A stretch of 64,000 bases of DNA from Squalus acanthias (lineage: Eukaryota): positions 41,230,001-41,294,000 of the forward strand of contig CM059445.1 of NCBI GenBank assembly GCA_030390025.1, in the 5' to 3' direction. Shown here one piece after another: positions 62,873-64,000 of this stretch. How positions within the stretch are numbered: the stretch's first letter is position 1; the number at the start of each line of letters is the position of its first letter. Below the pieces are notes generated by a model, which was given only the letters and a program-made list of their open reading frames with translations, searched no databases and was not told where the DNA came from. Position numbers and translations under genes: made by a program.

Positions 62873-64000
62873 ATGATCATGATACGGGAACACTTCCAAA
62901 TTCATAGCCCACTGTTACGAATTGGGGTCCACCACAGATATCGACTCCGGTTCAGGGCTGTCAGTTGCTCCCTTAAGTGGTCTGGTCGGCAGCTTCTTAC
63001 AGAAGTGGACTCCCACTGCTCTATATCTACCTGCATGGTAGCGGAAGCTGGGCGTGCAACATTGAAACTCCCTTGTATTCTGGACTGGATCTCAATGTCA
63101 TGAGTTGTCCAGTGTTTTGGATTGAATTGACACCAGGCAAGACAATCGTCGATTCAGTGAATGAGCTACTTTATTCCACAGTAAGCAAAACATATACAAC
63201 ACAAAGTATGATGAGAGACTCTTGGTACAATCACTGTAACTTCTGTTCACGTACTATTATAAAACTAATGAATATGGGTATGCTAGCCCGCTTTGGACAG
63301 CTTTTGTACTTAACGTAAAAGGACAAATTCTCCCTGACCAGAGCAGAGGTTCTTCCCTTGCAGCCTGGCACTGCTTTCTGCTAACTGTGTCGTGATTTGT
63401 AAAAGCTGCTTTCCCCTGACCCACGGAAATCAAATGACACCAAGATGCCAGATGTCGTCTTGAATGACCAAGCATTGTAAACACATTGGCTATTGCTTTG
63501 GATCTGTGCAAAAACAACTGCTCAACCCGCATTTAAATCACCTCTCGCCTGCCGATGCATGGCCAACCCAACATGGGACTGTCTGGGAAAGTTATTCCCT
63601 TTCAAACAAGCTTCTACCCAAAACACATTAAAATCACTTATGTCCAAGTTTTTGTGTGGAAGAATGGCCGAAGAATTCCAAGCCGTGATATCTGCCGATC
63701 ACTGCAATTCCAAGTTTTGTTGTTTGATTATTAAAATTTTGATTGGCATTTTAATTTAACTTGTTGAAGTGACTTTTGGGCTACCTGCAGGTCTTCAGGT
63801 TATGGCGAGTAGAGATATCACCCCTCAGATATAATCCAATCCATAGTATCACTAGCACTCTTAACTAACCATCACTGAGCAGCTACATGGGATAAAGGAC
63901 TGCTGTGGTTGAGTTGTTGTCAATAACAGAGAACCTGTCTGTAAGCTGCCTGTATGGAAATGTTCTATATTCAAACCACTAGAATTTATGTTGGGGTGGG

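Noticed and set aside
62977-63180. Plus-strand exon ending at aca|gtaagc
   Set aside because: No clear acceptor or homology; the region may instead be a decayed LINE on the opposite strand.

Overview
Repeat-dominated eukaryotic DNA, most likely from a shark or other cartilaginous fish (inferred from SacSINE1/DeuSINE-type SINEs, an HE1/V-SINE and abundant CR1 LINEs). No intact host gene can be supported; there are only two weak candidate minus-strand terminal exons. The window holds many CR1 and L2 LINE fragments and two long copies of a second CR1-group LINE. It also holds Penelope-like fragments carrying minimal hammerhead-ribozyme motifs, a 1.68-kb solo LTR and a hAT MITE. The PIF/Harbinger complement is rich: one decayed full-length two-gene element (43626-47857, DDE transposase plus a 3-exon Myb/SANT gene), a second transposase fragment, and about a dozen MITEs, most with readable 3-bp TSDs. 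Most notable: two unrelated Harbinger MITEs are inserted at the same position of the Penelope hammerhead motif, duplicating its putative GUU cleavage triplet. Some MITE families also keep promoter motifs, splice donors and covarying hairpins. All calls come from reading the sequence; no database searches were run.
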